Shown here one piece after another: positions 54,001-64,000 of a stretch of DNA of 64,000 nucleotides (its first letter is position 1; every line of letters starts with the position of its first letter). The notes under the pieces are model-generated. The model was given only the letters and a program-made list of their open reading frames with translations, was not told the DNA's origin and did not search any database. The stretch is from NCBI GenBank assembly GCA_043228905.1, contig JBHGNT010000017.1, positions 3,162,001 through 3,226,000 of the forward strand, read 5' to 3'. A program made the position numbers and the translations under genes. This DNA comes from Azolla caroliniana (taxonomy: Eukaryota; Plantae; Polypodiophyta).

Positions 54001-55861
54001 ACAAGTTACTTCTACATGTGCTCCTTGGATCTTAATAGAAGGTGATACCATGCCACATCTTCTGCTTTATGCCTCTAGAAAAGGAAGACCTCAAATTCCA
54101 GACGATTATAGTAGGGTGGAAAAGTACACTCTTTTGTTACCCCTTGACCAAATCATCTCTAAGAATTTTGTTTGCTAATCACGATCATTTATAACACAAT
54201 TCAAATAGAGTTGTATTTGATCCTACCAGAAGGAGATCGCATACCACATCTTTTATACCAATGTGCCTCAATTTCCAGAGGATTATTGTTGGGCAGAAAA
54301 TTATTTTTTGCCAGATCATATTTGGGCATTATACTTGTTAATTGCAATGTTTGTATAAATTAGTAAGGTCTATGCATAAGAGAAGGTGATGGCATACCAC
54401 ATCTTCTGATTTGAAATCCGTTTGTTGAAGAGACCTGGGATCTGATTTCCTCCGGTGTGTAGTAGAAGAAGTTCTCTGAACCGCAGAAGACGCTATTGAA
54501 TGCCTCCTAGAATTAGCAGCTGAAATTGATTCTACACTCAAATTACTGATCTTTGAGACATCTTTCTTTGTGGAAGAAGATGGAGACCCAGCATGTCCAT
54601 CAAGAGGAAGCTTCTTCTGAACCTTTTCTTTTGTGGCTTGGTTCAAAAGGAACTGATCCGATGCTCTAAAAGAATGATCTGATTGTCTAAGTGACTGATC
54701 AAGTGCTCTAACAGATTGATCCGAGAGTCTTAAAGACTGATCTGATAGCCTAAAAGCCTGTTTAGTACCCGTTCCTACGGGAGAACCAAATCCAAGCTGA
54801 TTTCCACTCCCCTTACGGGAAGGGGAATCGGGCATTTTGTATGCAGAAAGCTTAGAGTTAGGGTTATAACTCTTCGGGAAAGGGTTTGGGTTTGGGTTAA
54901 GGTTAGGGTTAGGGTTAGGGTTAAGGTTTGGGGTTGGGTTTGGGTTTGGGTTTGGGTTACTGTTTCTGACACTGCGAGTGGATGAATTGCGACGAAACAG
55001 TTCCTCAGAAGGTTTTCTGCTGTTTGAAAGCACTGGAGACGCAGATCTGAGAATGGTGGGGAGCTTAGAGCTTCGAGAAGTACTGCTACTCCTAGAGACA
55101 TTGGATTCTGAAGGTTTTATTGAGCTTCGAGAAGTACTGTTGCTTCTTCCAGGTCTATTGCTTTCTGAGAGCTTCATAGAACTTCGGGAGTTACTGCTGC
55201 TTCGAGGTGCATTTTCTCCAGATGTCCTCAGATCGCCTCTTATATTCGTTGAAGGTGAAGAAAAACGTCTTTGAGTAGGGTTACTTTTTTGCTGCGTTTT
55301 CGGATCCTTGAGGTTGCTGCTGGGTATGGCAGTGGAAGCTCTTCCAGACAGAGATCTCACAGAAGATGAAGTAAATGAAGATGAAGAAGCTATCTTGGAA
55401 GAAGAAACTCTAACCTTTCCTGCCATCTGAGCTGCAGTTGTGGTGGAGGTACTCATTTGAATTACGTTCGGTCTTGGAACAGGCAACGTTTCTATTGCAG
55501 CTCCTTCGTTCTCTTCTTCTGTTTCTGGTGCTATGGCGGAGCCACTTCTCCTTAGAGCAGGCGATGTTTCTTCCATGGTTACTCCTTCCAGCTTACCTTC
55601 GTCTGTTTCTGCCTCTGTATCTGTTTCCCTTTCCGTTTCCGTTTCCGTTTCTCTTCCTCTTCTTTCTCCTTCTGTTTCCGTTTCTGTTTCTGTTTCTGGC
55701 TTGTGCAGAAAGCCATCTCCATTCCTGAAGAAGGATTGACCTCCTCTGGGAGAAGCAAGCGAAGAAAGGGGTGGGGAGAGGAGGCCTTCATCGGAGAGGA
55801 GGTCTCCGTCAGAGTAAAGGCTGAGGCGTTCAGTGGAATCGGCTAAGGAGAAGGTGTCCAT
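42046..55861 (-). CDS. AIR9: AIR9 microtubule-associated protein (Ser-rich basic N-terminus, LRRs, repeated A9/Ig-like domains), many short exons
   Basis: Exon 1 55861-54398 is a Ser/Arg-rich MT-binding region. LRR exons at ~53.4-52.0 kb encode RLDLRGQ, FVYLRNNQL, VLDLSFNEF, LYLAGNQI, HLRLEDNP. A9 repeats at 51.2-43.4 kb encode YQW, YTPVTEEG..GE, Y.GG.EG.S..W, CTPVREDG..GE. The last exon encodes VEIVQNDQHRLKI.VD.ENEIDLMVQTR.LRDIIVLVLRGFAQRFN. Confidence 0.93.
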
Positions 55862-56109
55862 GGAAGGAAGGAAGGAAGAGGAAAGAAGAAATGACAGGAG
55901 GGAGAAGGTTCTGGAGAGGTGGAGGGGAGGGGGGGGGGGGGGGGGGGGGAGTTAGGAGAAGGAGAGAATCGCCATAGCCAGAGAAGAAGCTCAGGGAGTT
56001 GAGCTGTGCAGCTGGATCGGCAGTAGAAGTAGAATCAGTAGTAATAGTAGCAGTAGCAGTAGTATAAGTAGCAGAAGTAGAGTAATTAAAGAAAGATGGG
56101 AAAGGAAGG

Positions 56110-56140
<31 letters not shown>

Positions 56141-56157
56141 CTATGTGTCTCCTTCTC

Positions 56158-56990
56158 GCATGGCCTTCTTCTAGGGCTTTTGCTGGCCTCGCATGGACTT
56201 TTAGGGCTTCTTCTGGCTTGGCATGGAGTTTCAGGGCTTCTCTTGGCCTCCCATGGACTATTAGGGTTTCCCCTAGCCTCGCATGGAATTTTAGGGCTTC
56301 TCCTGACCTGGCATGGACTTTCAGGGCTTGTCCTAGCGTGGCATGGACTTCAAGGCTTCTCCTAGCCTAGCATGGACTTTCAGGGCTTGTCCTGGCGTGG
56401 CATGGACTTCGGGGCTTCTCCTAGCCTAGCATGGACTTCAGGGCTTCTCTTGGCCTGGCATGGACTTTCAGGGCTTCTCCTGGCATGGAATTCAGAGCTT
56501 CTCCTGGCCTAGCATGGACTCTCAAGGTTCTCTTGGCCTTCCATGGACTTTCAAGGCTTCTCCCGACCCTTTTAGGGCTTCTCTTGGCATGGCATGCCCT
56601 AACCTTCTAGGGCTTCTCCTTTCTTACCTTGGCCTTGCCTTCTACGTGCTTCTATTAGCCTCGCATTGCCCTTTAGGGCTTGCTTCCCCTTGAGACATCA
56701 CCCAACCAGGGCTTAGGTCTTCTCCTGGCCTTCCATGGACTGTCAAGGTTCTCTTGGGCCCCAATGGACTTTTAGGGCTTCTCCTGGCCTTCCATGAACT
56801 TTTAGGGCTTCTCCTTTCCTACCTCGGCCTTGCCTTCCAGGTGTGTCTCTTGGCCTCGCCTTACCCTTTAGGGCTTGTCTACCCTTGAGACATCCCCTGG
56901 CCAAGGCTTAGGTTTCCTCCTCACCATGCTTGAGCCTTACCTTAGTAGCGCTTCTCTTGCTTGGCCTCGTACTGGCTCTAGGCTCTCCCT
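56158..56990. repeat. ~30-bp minisatellite array (about 14 clean copies, then diverged copies with a ~195-bp higher-order duplication) directly upstream of AIR9
   Basis: Consensus GCATGGACTTTCAGGGCTTCTCCTGGCCTG at 56191, 56221, 56251, 56281, 56311, 56341, 56370 and onward. Blocks ~56609-56725 and ~56804-56921 are duplicates. Confidence 0.93.
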
Positions 56991-57027
56991 CTCCTGTCAA
57001 ACGTAGTGTATTGTATCATAAAGAAAT

Positions 57028-58378
57028 TGTTGATGTCACTGCTATTGCACCCCCTACGAGACCCTTATGCATTGTTGGATGACAGGTCCCTCCGGATGGG
57101 AAGTGGAGCTCGAATCGAGGAAAAAGGGAGAACCGATTCCCATGGAGTCGATGAGTATTTCAGTCAAGGCCGAAATTGAGAATCAATTGTAAAACCGATT
57201 CAGGAGACTATATCTGTAAATAGTCTACATGTGCCCATTGAGGCTATATTTGTAAATAGTCTACTATGTATATGAGTATATATATATACACTTAGGGCAA
57301 GTAGTTAAAAAAGTGTGATAATCATTATAGTTGAATAAGTTACAATGAGCAGTTGCCTCTGTGACTCTAAGAGTGAGAGTAGTAACTTTGTCGTCGTCTG
57401 TTAGACGAAGACGAGCTCGAGGTTGTTGCCTTTGAGTCGCCCTGTACTCCTCTCCGTACACCTAGTGATTTGGTTTTCTTGGGGTTTGTGGACCCCCCTG
57501 GGGTTTTTCCCTTTTGGGTTTTCCACATAAAACATTCGGTGTCTCTGTATTTTCTGTTTCCTACTATCTGTGCACTGTCATTTTTCGTTATTGCACCCAA
57601 GTAACCGGTTGTGCCCAGTTCCGATCCTAACATGCACAATGTAATCCCTTTCGAGTGTGGTGTTTTGTAAGACGGTACGACATACTCCTAACTTGCATCA
57701 TGACACTGTGCATCCAGAGCTCAATTGTGAATTCTCTCAAATCATTTTTTTTGTCCGCCTACATAGTTATTATGGTGCTCCATGCAGAACCTCCACACAA
57801 TGACGTGTTTATTATACCACAATGCCTAATCCAAATTGTCTTGGTCAACCGACACAATGGGTCAAACGTCTCACTTACAAAGTCATTCTATCAATGGGAT
57901 TGTGGTTGGAGATTGGAGTCAGACAACTCTGCTCAATGATTACTTAAACACAATCAAACATAACACATACATTAGATTACCATACTTAATCACTACTATG
58001 ATCGATTGTCAACTATACATATTTCGAGTAAGAGAAATTTGGAATAGTAGTTCAAGACACATAATATAATCTAAGTAACAAAATTATATTAAACTTATAA
58101 CAATACAGACCAATGTTGTTACAATGCTCTTGACCCCTTTTTATAGGCGGCTTGGGAGGCTTTACCAAGATATTACAATTGCCATTCGGCAAGAACTTGT
58201 AGTTACAAGTAATTGTCCTATTTTTTCTACTTGGCGATAATAATAATTGTTCAACTATCTCCTTTCACACTTGTCTACTACGACTACAACTACGACTATA
58301 ATTTTGACTATCATCATACTAGTTTGTTGACCTATATACTTTGACTAGCTTGGTCGGTCGATCTGACTAGCTATCACA
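57028..58378 (-). repeat. 3' LTR of the gypsy element (about 790 bp after removing the nested solo LTR)
   Basis: Termini tgttgat...atcaca form an imperfect inverted repeat. The minus strand has TATA ctataaaaagggg at ~58134-58146. Confidence 0.7.
57073..57632 (+). mobile_element. Solo LTR nested in the gypsy LTR
   Basis: tgttgga...tcctaaca termini, TSD tgcat/tgcac (4/5), a TATA-like tract at ~57278 and a U5-like ggggtttttcccttttgggttttcc. Confidence 0.75.
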
Positions 58379-58395
58379 TGGCACGCCCGTGGGAC
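58379..58395 (+). promoter_or_regulatory. tRNA-Arg(UCU) PBS-like sequence, antisense to the element's pol, at the expected PPT position
   Basis: TGGCACGCCC-GTGGGAC directly abuts the LTR end ..atcaca. It matches 17 of 18 nt of the complement of the plant tRNA-Arg(UCU) 3' end (GTCCCAC[T/C]GGGCGTG-CCA, recalled). Confidence 0.75.
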
Positions 58396-58430
58396 AGTGC
58401 CTTGCACAATCAAAACCTCAAAAATTGGTG

Positions 58431-60601
58431 TCTAGTTTTCCTCGTCCTCGTTTGCATTCTCATCTTCGTCCTCATTCAAAATGTTCAACGGATTTGGCTC
58501 CTCCTCGTCCTAATCTCCCTGATGGTCGGCGTCGTTCGAGGCTTGCTAAATTTCCTTTTGTTGCTCGGGTTGTGAATCCAATTCTGACCAACTATTGTCG
58601 TTTGTGCCCATTTGTTGTAGTGTCTCCGGCTATACTACCTACTATGTCATGGGCTCGTTGTAGTGCTCGTCTTGTGGTTGTGCTTCCTCAACAACTTCTT
58701 AGTCTTACTCCTGCTCGGGTTGCACTTGTTCTGCATTCTCCTAGTCGTCATGCTCGGCTTCTTTCTGAGGTATGACAAGATTGTTGCTTTGTATTTTCTT
58801 CTCCATCCTCAATATCTGTTTGCTCACCCTCCTCTCAAAGGCACTCTTTTTCGTAGGACTCAAGTTCGAGAGCTAGCTGTAATTGATTGCCGTCGTATTC
58901 CTCCAACATTTTGGTAATTTCGGCCGTGTGCCTAGTTGTTAGCTCATGGAAATCATCTGACAATTCATCTTGAATTACAGTAACACTCCCCTCATCCATC
59001 TTGTAAAAGCCTTGGCCTTCCTTTTTCTTGTTCTCTTGATCTGCCCTTAGCAGTTGTAGTTCCATTGCTTGAGTCGACCAAGTCTTCCAACAATGTTTGA
59101 GGGATTCAATTATTTTCTTGTGCATTTTCTGCTTGTGTCTTTTTAATATTGCTCGAATATTTTGCTTGCTCCCCCATGTTGAGTCGAAATTGCAGAGCAC
59201 TGATTTCATCTCTTAGTTCATATTGTTGAGCAAGGGTTGATCCCTCTTGGTATTGTAATTGTCCCTCTACCACCACGAGTGAAGTGTGTACCTGTTCATA
59301 TTTGCCTGAGTGTTGTTGTAATTGTTGCGCTAACCGTTCTCAGTTGTCATTGAAACTCTGGCGCATCCATTCTATGTCTGCCTTGAATCATGCTGTATGG
59401 ACTGACAAATCTCTTATTGTACTTTAAGTTGTCTATTGAGATCCTCTATTAGTCGTTCTTGCCACTCGAAATGCAATTTTAATGTTTTGTAGTAGTTGTA
59501 GAGTTTGTCAAACTCCTCTTTGTGTGTCTGAAGAGTGTGACTGATTCGTTGTTGCATCTCTTCCACTGGTTGGTGTGCCCTTTGGAGTCGATCTCTCATT
59601 CTTTGTACTTTCGTGTTGGTGACTTCTATTCGTTTATTCGTGCGGTTGATTATATCTTCTTTTCCCTGCAACTCCTCCCATAGTCGTCTATCTGAGACTT
59701 GCACAATGGCCTGGTCGTATGTTTGGCGTTGTTGTTCCGTTTCTTATAGTTTCGACTTGGCTTGTTGCAGTCGTACTATTAACTATGCATTGGATTGAGT
59801 GGCTTCCGACCACTCCTTCTTCATTAGCTCTGACGCCTTTGTCATTCGTTTGCATACTTCGGCCATATCTTTTACTGTTTGAATAGTTTTGTGAAGTTCC
59901 TGATGCACTCCTACTGACGTTGTATGCAGAGGTGGTATATGGATAGCCATCCCTTTATTCCTGACATCTCCTACTAGCGCATGTTGTATCATTTCTCGTT
60001 CCTTGTGTTATTGTGCTAGTAGGTCGGAAGCGAATTGGAGTAATTTAGTTAACCAGTCGACCAACTCGTATGATGTGCCAAATTGTAATATGGCCACGAT
60101 TTCATGGGTTGTAGGTGGTATGTCTGGAATAGCTAAGACTTTGCTGGCGGTTATTTATGATGTTTTGCCTTTTTCAATGATGTCTATCAATGTCGTTGCA
60201 TACTTTGTTTCTTGCACCTATGTTGCATTAGTTGTCAGCACCTCGTCCTGTTGTGTTCACCACTCTTTGATTAATCTCCTCTTCTTCTTCTTTGTATGGT
60301 TTTGATCATCTGTTGATTCTTTTCTTTTAAATGATATTTGGTTGACGATATGTGTTGTTTGTCGACTTTGGGTTTGCTCTTGCTACTCTTTGTTGACTTG
60401 TTGTGAAGATGACTGACTCTTCTCTTTCGGAGGAGGTGGTTTTGTAGTTGTCTCTTCTTGTGGTTGGCTTTCTTCCTGCTGCCTCCTGGGAGGTTGTTTT
60501 TTGATGAAATTTTCCCTTTCATCCTGCAACCTCGACTTTTGCAGTTGGCTAGCTCTTGTTGTTTTATCTTCTTGCCACTCCACATGTGGTGGCTCTGTCA
60601 A
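58431..60601 (-). pseudogene. Degenerate extra ORF of the gypsy element (coiled-coil, Q/E/K-rich, acidic C-terminus)
   Basis: Broken frames 60601-60383, 59992-59783, 59704-59414 and 59209-58835, ending ..NEDEDENANEDEEN* about 50 bp before the LTR. Confidence 0.55.
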
Positions 60602-60704
60602 AATTTGTCGTCATGCTAACTGCCTTGGCAATGACTATGATGACTGCCCATTTTCCTTCTTTTGGGTCTTTCATCCTTGAATGGCTAATGACATGGGCCA
60701 TAAT

Positions 60705-61073
60705 AAGCTCAGAGTTGGTTGTGTGCTTTGGTTTGACGAAATTTTGCTTCTCTTTGTTTTTCTGTGTCAGGAAAATGGGAAAAAGAGGGTTTTCTCTTGA
60801 TTCGTTGTCTCAGGTGAGGGCGTTGATCTCTGTGCAAGAGATCAAAGCTCAGAGTTGGTTGTGTGCTTTGGTTTGACAAAATTTTGCTTCTCTTTGTTTT
60901 TCTGTGTCAGGAAAATGGGAAAAAGAGGGTTTTCTCTTGATTCGTTGTCTCAGGTGAGGGCGTTGATCTCTGTGCAAGAGACCAAAGCTCAGAGTTGGTT
61001 GTGTGCTTTGGTTTGACGAAATATTGCTTCTCTTTGTTTTTCTGTGTCAGGAAAATGGGAAAAAGAGGGTTTT
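60705..61073. repeat. 140-bp tandem repeat, ~2.6 near-identical copies
   Basis: agagttggtt recurs at 60711, 60851 and 60991. Only a few substitutions separate the copies. Confidence 0.95.
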
Positions 61074-62355
61074 GTATCTTTGTAATATTGGTCCATATCT
61101 CGAGACAAAACGATTTCACGAATAGAATCTTTTGTTTTAATGACCTTTTGAAGAGCCCTTTGTTATAAGTGATGTTAATGGGTGGTGTGCCCTTCTATAA
61201 ATATATATTTATGTGAAAGTGATAGTGCCAAGAATATTTATTTATTTATTTCCAATCATTGAAAACACTAGTCTATAGTACATGGTATTTACAACCCTAG
61301 CCCTTTTAGTTGATTAGGGTCGATCGACCAAAATTGGGTTTAAGGGTTTACCTAGTCGTTGAAACTTGCAGTTAAAAATGGATTAGTCAGAGTCGACCCT
61401 TGGTATGGTTTAAGTGGAAAACCATTAACTCATTTTGGTAATATTTCACCTGTGAGTTTGCCTAACTGATATGTGCCATTGTTGTTGTCGACAATCCAAT
61501 ATGGCCTGGTCCATCGAAACTGTAGTTTCCCCTGCATGGAACCCATTTTTGTTTGAATCACGAGTACAAATTTGCCAATATCAAAAATAAATAAAAATCC
61601 ACGTCGATAACGATCGACAAAGGCTTTTGTTTTTCGATGCTTTTGTTCGAAGTACCATAGAGATTGAAGTCGACTTTCTTCTAACTCCAGGAGTTGCTCC
61701 CTTCTAATTCTTTTTTACTGCTCCTCAACAAGTCGTTTTGCCACATGCACTCATAATTTAGGAATCTGAAATTCGATTGGCATAACAACGTCTAACCCAA
61801 AAGCCATTCGAAATGGTGTTGAACGAATAGTTGTCTTGTAAGTTGTAGGATATGCCCAGACTACACTATGTAACTTCTAAATGTCAGTGCAATTTTCGTT
61901 GATGATTTTTCTCAAAAACATTTGAATCGTTTTATGAGTTGATTCGACCAATCCATTGTCCTAAGGATAGTAGGGTGTACTCTTCTTATGACCTACTGCA
62001 TAATGATTCTTTAATTCATGAAATTTTTTATCGATGAAATGATTGCGTTGATCACTAATGAGCTCGATCAGACACCCGAACTTACACTAAATGCATTCAT
62101 ATAGAAATTTTGCATTCAAGGTCATTGTATTATCTCGTAGGGCTTTCACCTCGACCCACTTGGTACAATAATCGGTAGTGATGATAACATAACGATTGCC
62201 CAAAATAATCGGTAGGGCTTTCTTGTTGCAACATGTTTAAATGGGCTGATAAAATCGATACCCCATTTCTAGAAGGCTTCTAGTGGCAATATTGGTTGAT
62301 GTGGCATTCGATCTTTTTCATGAGGTTGGCCAACCCGTTGACATAAGTCACATTA

Positions 62356-62780
62356 TGTTAGGAACAATACTAAAACAAAGAAGGAATTAGTACTAAAAGA
62401 AGTATTAGTACTAAGAGAGGTGAAGAACTCTCAAGAGAAGGAAAGAGTGAGTGAGAGGGAGGGAGGGAGAGAGAGAGAGAGTGATGATAAGAAAAGATAT
62501 ATATTATGTGAAGAGAATGTACAGTAGTAGCTAGGAGGCTTAAGACTGGCGTTGAACTGATTTGGTTCGAAATAATGCCTTGTGCCTCCTTTTATAGTGT
62601 TCTGAGGAATACTCCTGAAGTTTCTAGAATGTTCCAGAGAAATTTGGAATATACATCAATTTTCTATAATAAAATATAAATGAAAATAATATTCTACGTA
62701 TTACAATGTATGGTCTAATGGTCAAGAGCTTGACCCATGTAGCATAAGGTCATGGGTTCGAGTCTTGCCATATCATGACA
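62356..62780 (-). mobile_element. Solo LTR inserted into the integrase CX2C motif
   Basis: tgtta...tgaca termini and TSD catta/cattg. Removing it restores RQCDLCQR. Minus-strand TATA ctataaaagg at ~62590 is followed by a (CT)n tract. Confidence 0.85.
62704..62776 (+). promoter_or_regulatory. tRNA-like Pol III cassette (A and B boxes) inside the solo LTR
   Basis: A box TGGTCTAATGG at 62711-62721 and B box GGTTCGAGTC at 62755-62764, in tRNA-like spacing. The stems are only partly intact. Confidence 0.6.
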
Positions 62781-63317
62781 CATTGTCGGTAATAATTTGT
62801 AGCATCTTTCAGAGTCATAAGCCACCAAAGGCCACTATTCTATATTTTTTGAGCAGTTGTATCCCCTGCATAATGCCCTCTAACAATTCCACGATGAGCC
62901 TCTCGTAATACTGCTTCTTTTTCAAATTGTTGAAGACATCGCCGCCAAATTCCATCTGCTCCTTTATGATACAATGTTTCTTTAATTAGGTAGAAATTCT
63001 GACTCCGAACAACCAATCGCTTTCTTTCGTCTAACGACATTCCTTCTAGAGGTAATCCCGTACTAAGGAAGGAAATCATATCCGTAAGCCATAAATCAGC
63101 GGATTACTCACCCAATTCTATCAAATTGATAGTGTTGACCTTAAAGTGTTGTGCGTCCGAAAAATTATTTCGAACTCCTTCACCTGGTTCCCTCAAGGCT
63201 AGTCAACTAAGATAGTCGGCTATTGCATGTTGTACCCCAGGTCAATGTATGATGTCGAACTCAAACTCTTGTAAAAGAAGTGTCCATCTTGCTAATTTTC
63301 TTGTTAAGGATTGCTTT

Positions 63318-64000
63318 TGTTGAGTGAGCAAGCTCAACCGGATCTGGATCGGCATCCAGAAGGATGAGTCGGATCGGTATCCGGAAACAACCGGCCAGAT
63401 CGGGGAGCCGGATTCGAGTGGGAACCGGAAGCCTAGTAGTAGCCTAGACTACTAGGTAATCATTGTCTCGTAGTTAGTGTCAGTCGCACGAGTGATCATT
63501 GAAGTACCTGTCAGTAGTTCTATCAGTCCTTTATGGACTTGTATAAATAGTGTTGTTTAGCACATTGTATGTACAAAGTTTTAGAGTTAATTTTTGAATA
63601 TAGTTTTATGTTCTGCTCTCTCTGTCTCCTCTGTCTCCTATGTCTCCTCTGTGCTTTAAGCTTTTCCATTAAACCTTCATCTCATTTCTGTTGCTATCCG
63701 GCTGAGCCGGTTCTGTCAGACGCTTCCGCACATTAACATTCACATGGTATCAGAGCGCGAGGGTTGAGAACCTCTACAGCCGACATTTGCTTCTGTAGAC
63801 GAACCCTAGAACCTGGTAACAACAAATAGAGAGAAGATATGGACAGAGGAATGGCGAGTTCACTTCCAATAGAGAAGCTCTACCAGAGCAACTATGCGTC
63901 CTGGTCATATAAAATGCACCAATACCTATTGGGGCATGGATATTGGAGCTTCGTGGAAGGAACAAATGAAGTAGCACCAGAGCTGTCACACAAAGATTTC
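63318..64000 (+). mobile_element. Ty1/copia element, 5' LTR + PBS + start of gag (runs off the window), related to 36484-40196
   Basis: LTR 63318-63744 (tgttgag...caca) and PBS tggtatcagagc at 63745-63756. Gag from 63839 reads MDRGMASSLPIEKLYQSNYASWSYKMHQYLLGHGYWSFV, highly similar to the gag start at 36989. Confidence 0.93.

Larger units (their letters stand above)
57028..63317 (-). mobile_element. Ty3/gypsy (non-chromovirus-like) LTR retrotransposon, 3' portion, with nested insertions
   Basis: On the minus strand: end of RNaseH, then integrase, a 140-bp tandem repeat, an extra ORF and the LTR. Interrupted at 63318 by a copia. Confidence 0.85.
61400..63317 (-). pseudogene. Gypsy pol: RNaseH end + integrase, degenerate, interrupted by a solo LTR
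   Basis: LARWTLLLQEFEFDI.H.PG.QH..ADYLS; EAH.G..GHYAG..TA.K..WW..; RQC|DLCQR; KWGIDFI; TDYCTKWVE; STPYYP..NGL.ES; NGFPLKPY. Confidence 0.9.

Noticed and set aside
55921-55950. Long G-run in the AIR9 5'UTR (also 17325-17337)
   Set aside because: A homopolymer with G4 potential, but common and prone to sequencing error. Nothing else supports a function.
56158-56990. 30-bp array as a CRISPR array or a coding repeat
   Set aside because: The units are contiguous with no unique spacers and there are no cas genes in this eukaryotic context. 29- and 25-bp units break any reading frame.

Overview
Eukaryotic plant nuclear DNA, most likely a fern (inferred from the close similarity of the ACR2/CDC25 protein to Pteris-type arsenate reductase as I recall it). 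It has a gene island at ~1-56 kb and a nested retrotransposon block at ~57-64 kb. Genes: 5' end of CYP51G1 (-), an inverted CYP51 pseudogene fragment (+), ASI1/IBM2 BAH-RRM (-), GT14 beta-glucuronosyltransferase (-), tRNA-Cys(GCA), ACR2/CDC25 rhodanese (-), V-ATPase subunit E (+), CHLM (+), a DPB3/NF-YC10-like histone-fold gene (-) and the many-exon AIR9 (-). Repeats: an RT-less Ty1/copia element with both LTRs and a TSD, a second related copia, three solo LTRs with TSDs, LINE remnants, several tRNA-derived relics and two promoter minisatellites. The most unusual observation is in a Ty3/gypsy element whose pol, extra ORF and LTR TATA all run on the minus strand. At its polypurine-tract position it carries a 17/18-nt tRNA-Arg(UCU) primer-binding site in the opposite orientation, which suggests tRNA-primed plus-strand synthesis. 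A solo LTR nested in its integrase also carries an outward-facing tRNA-like Pol III A/B-box cassette. All calls were made by eye, with no database searches. Exon boundaries are manual.
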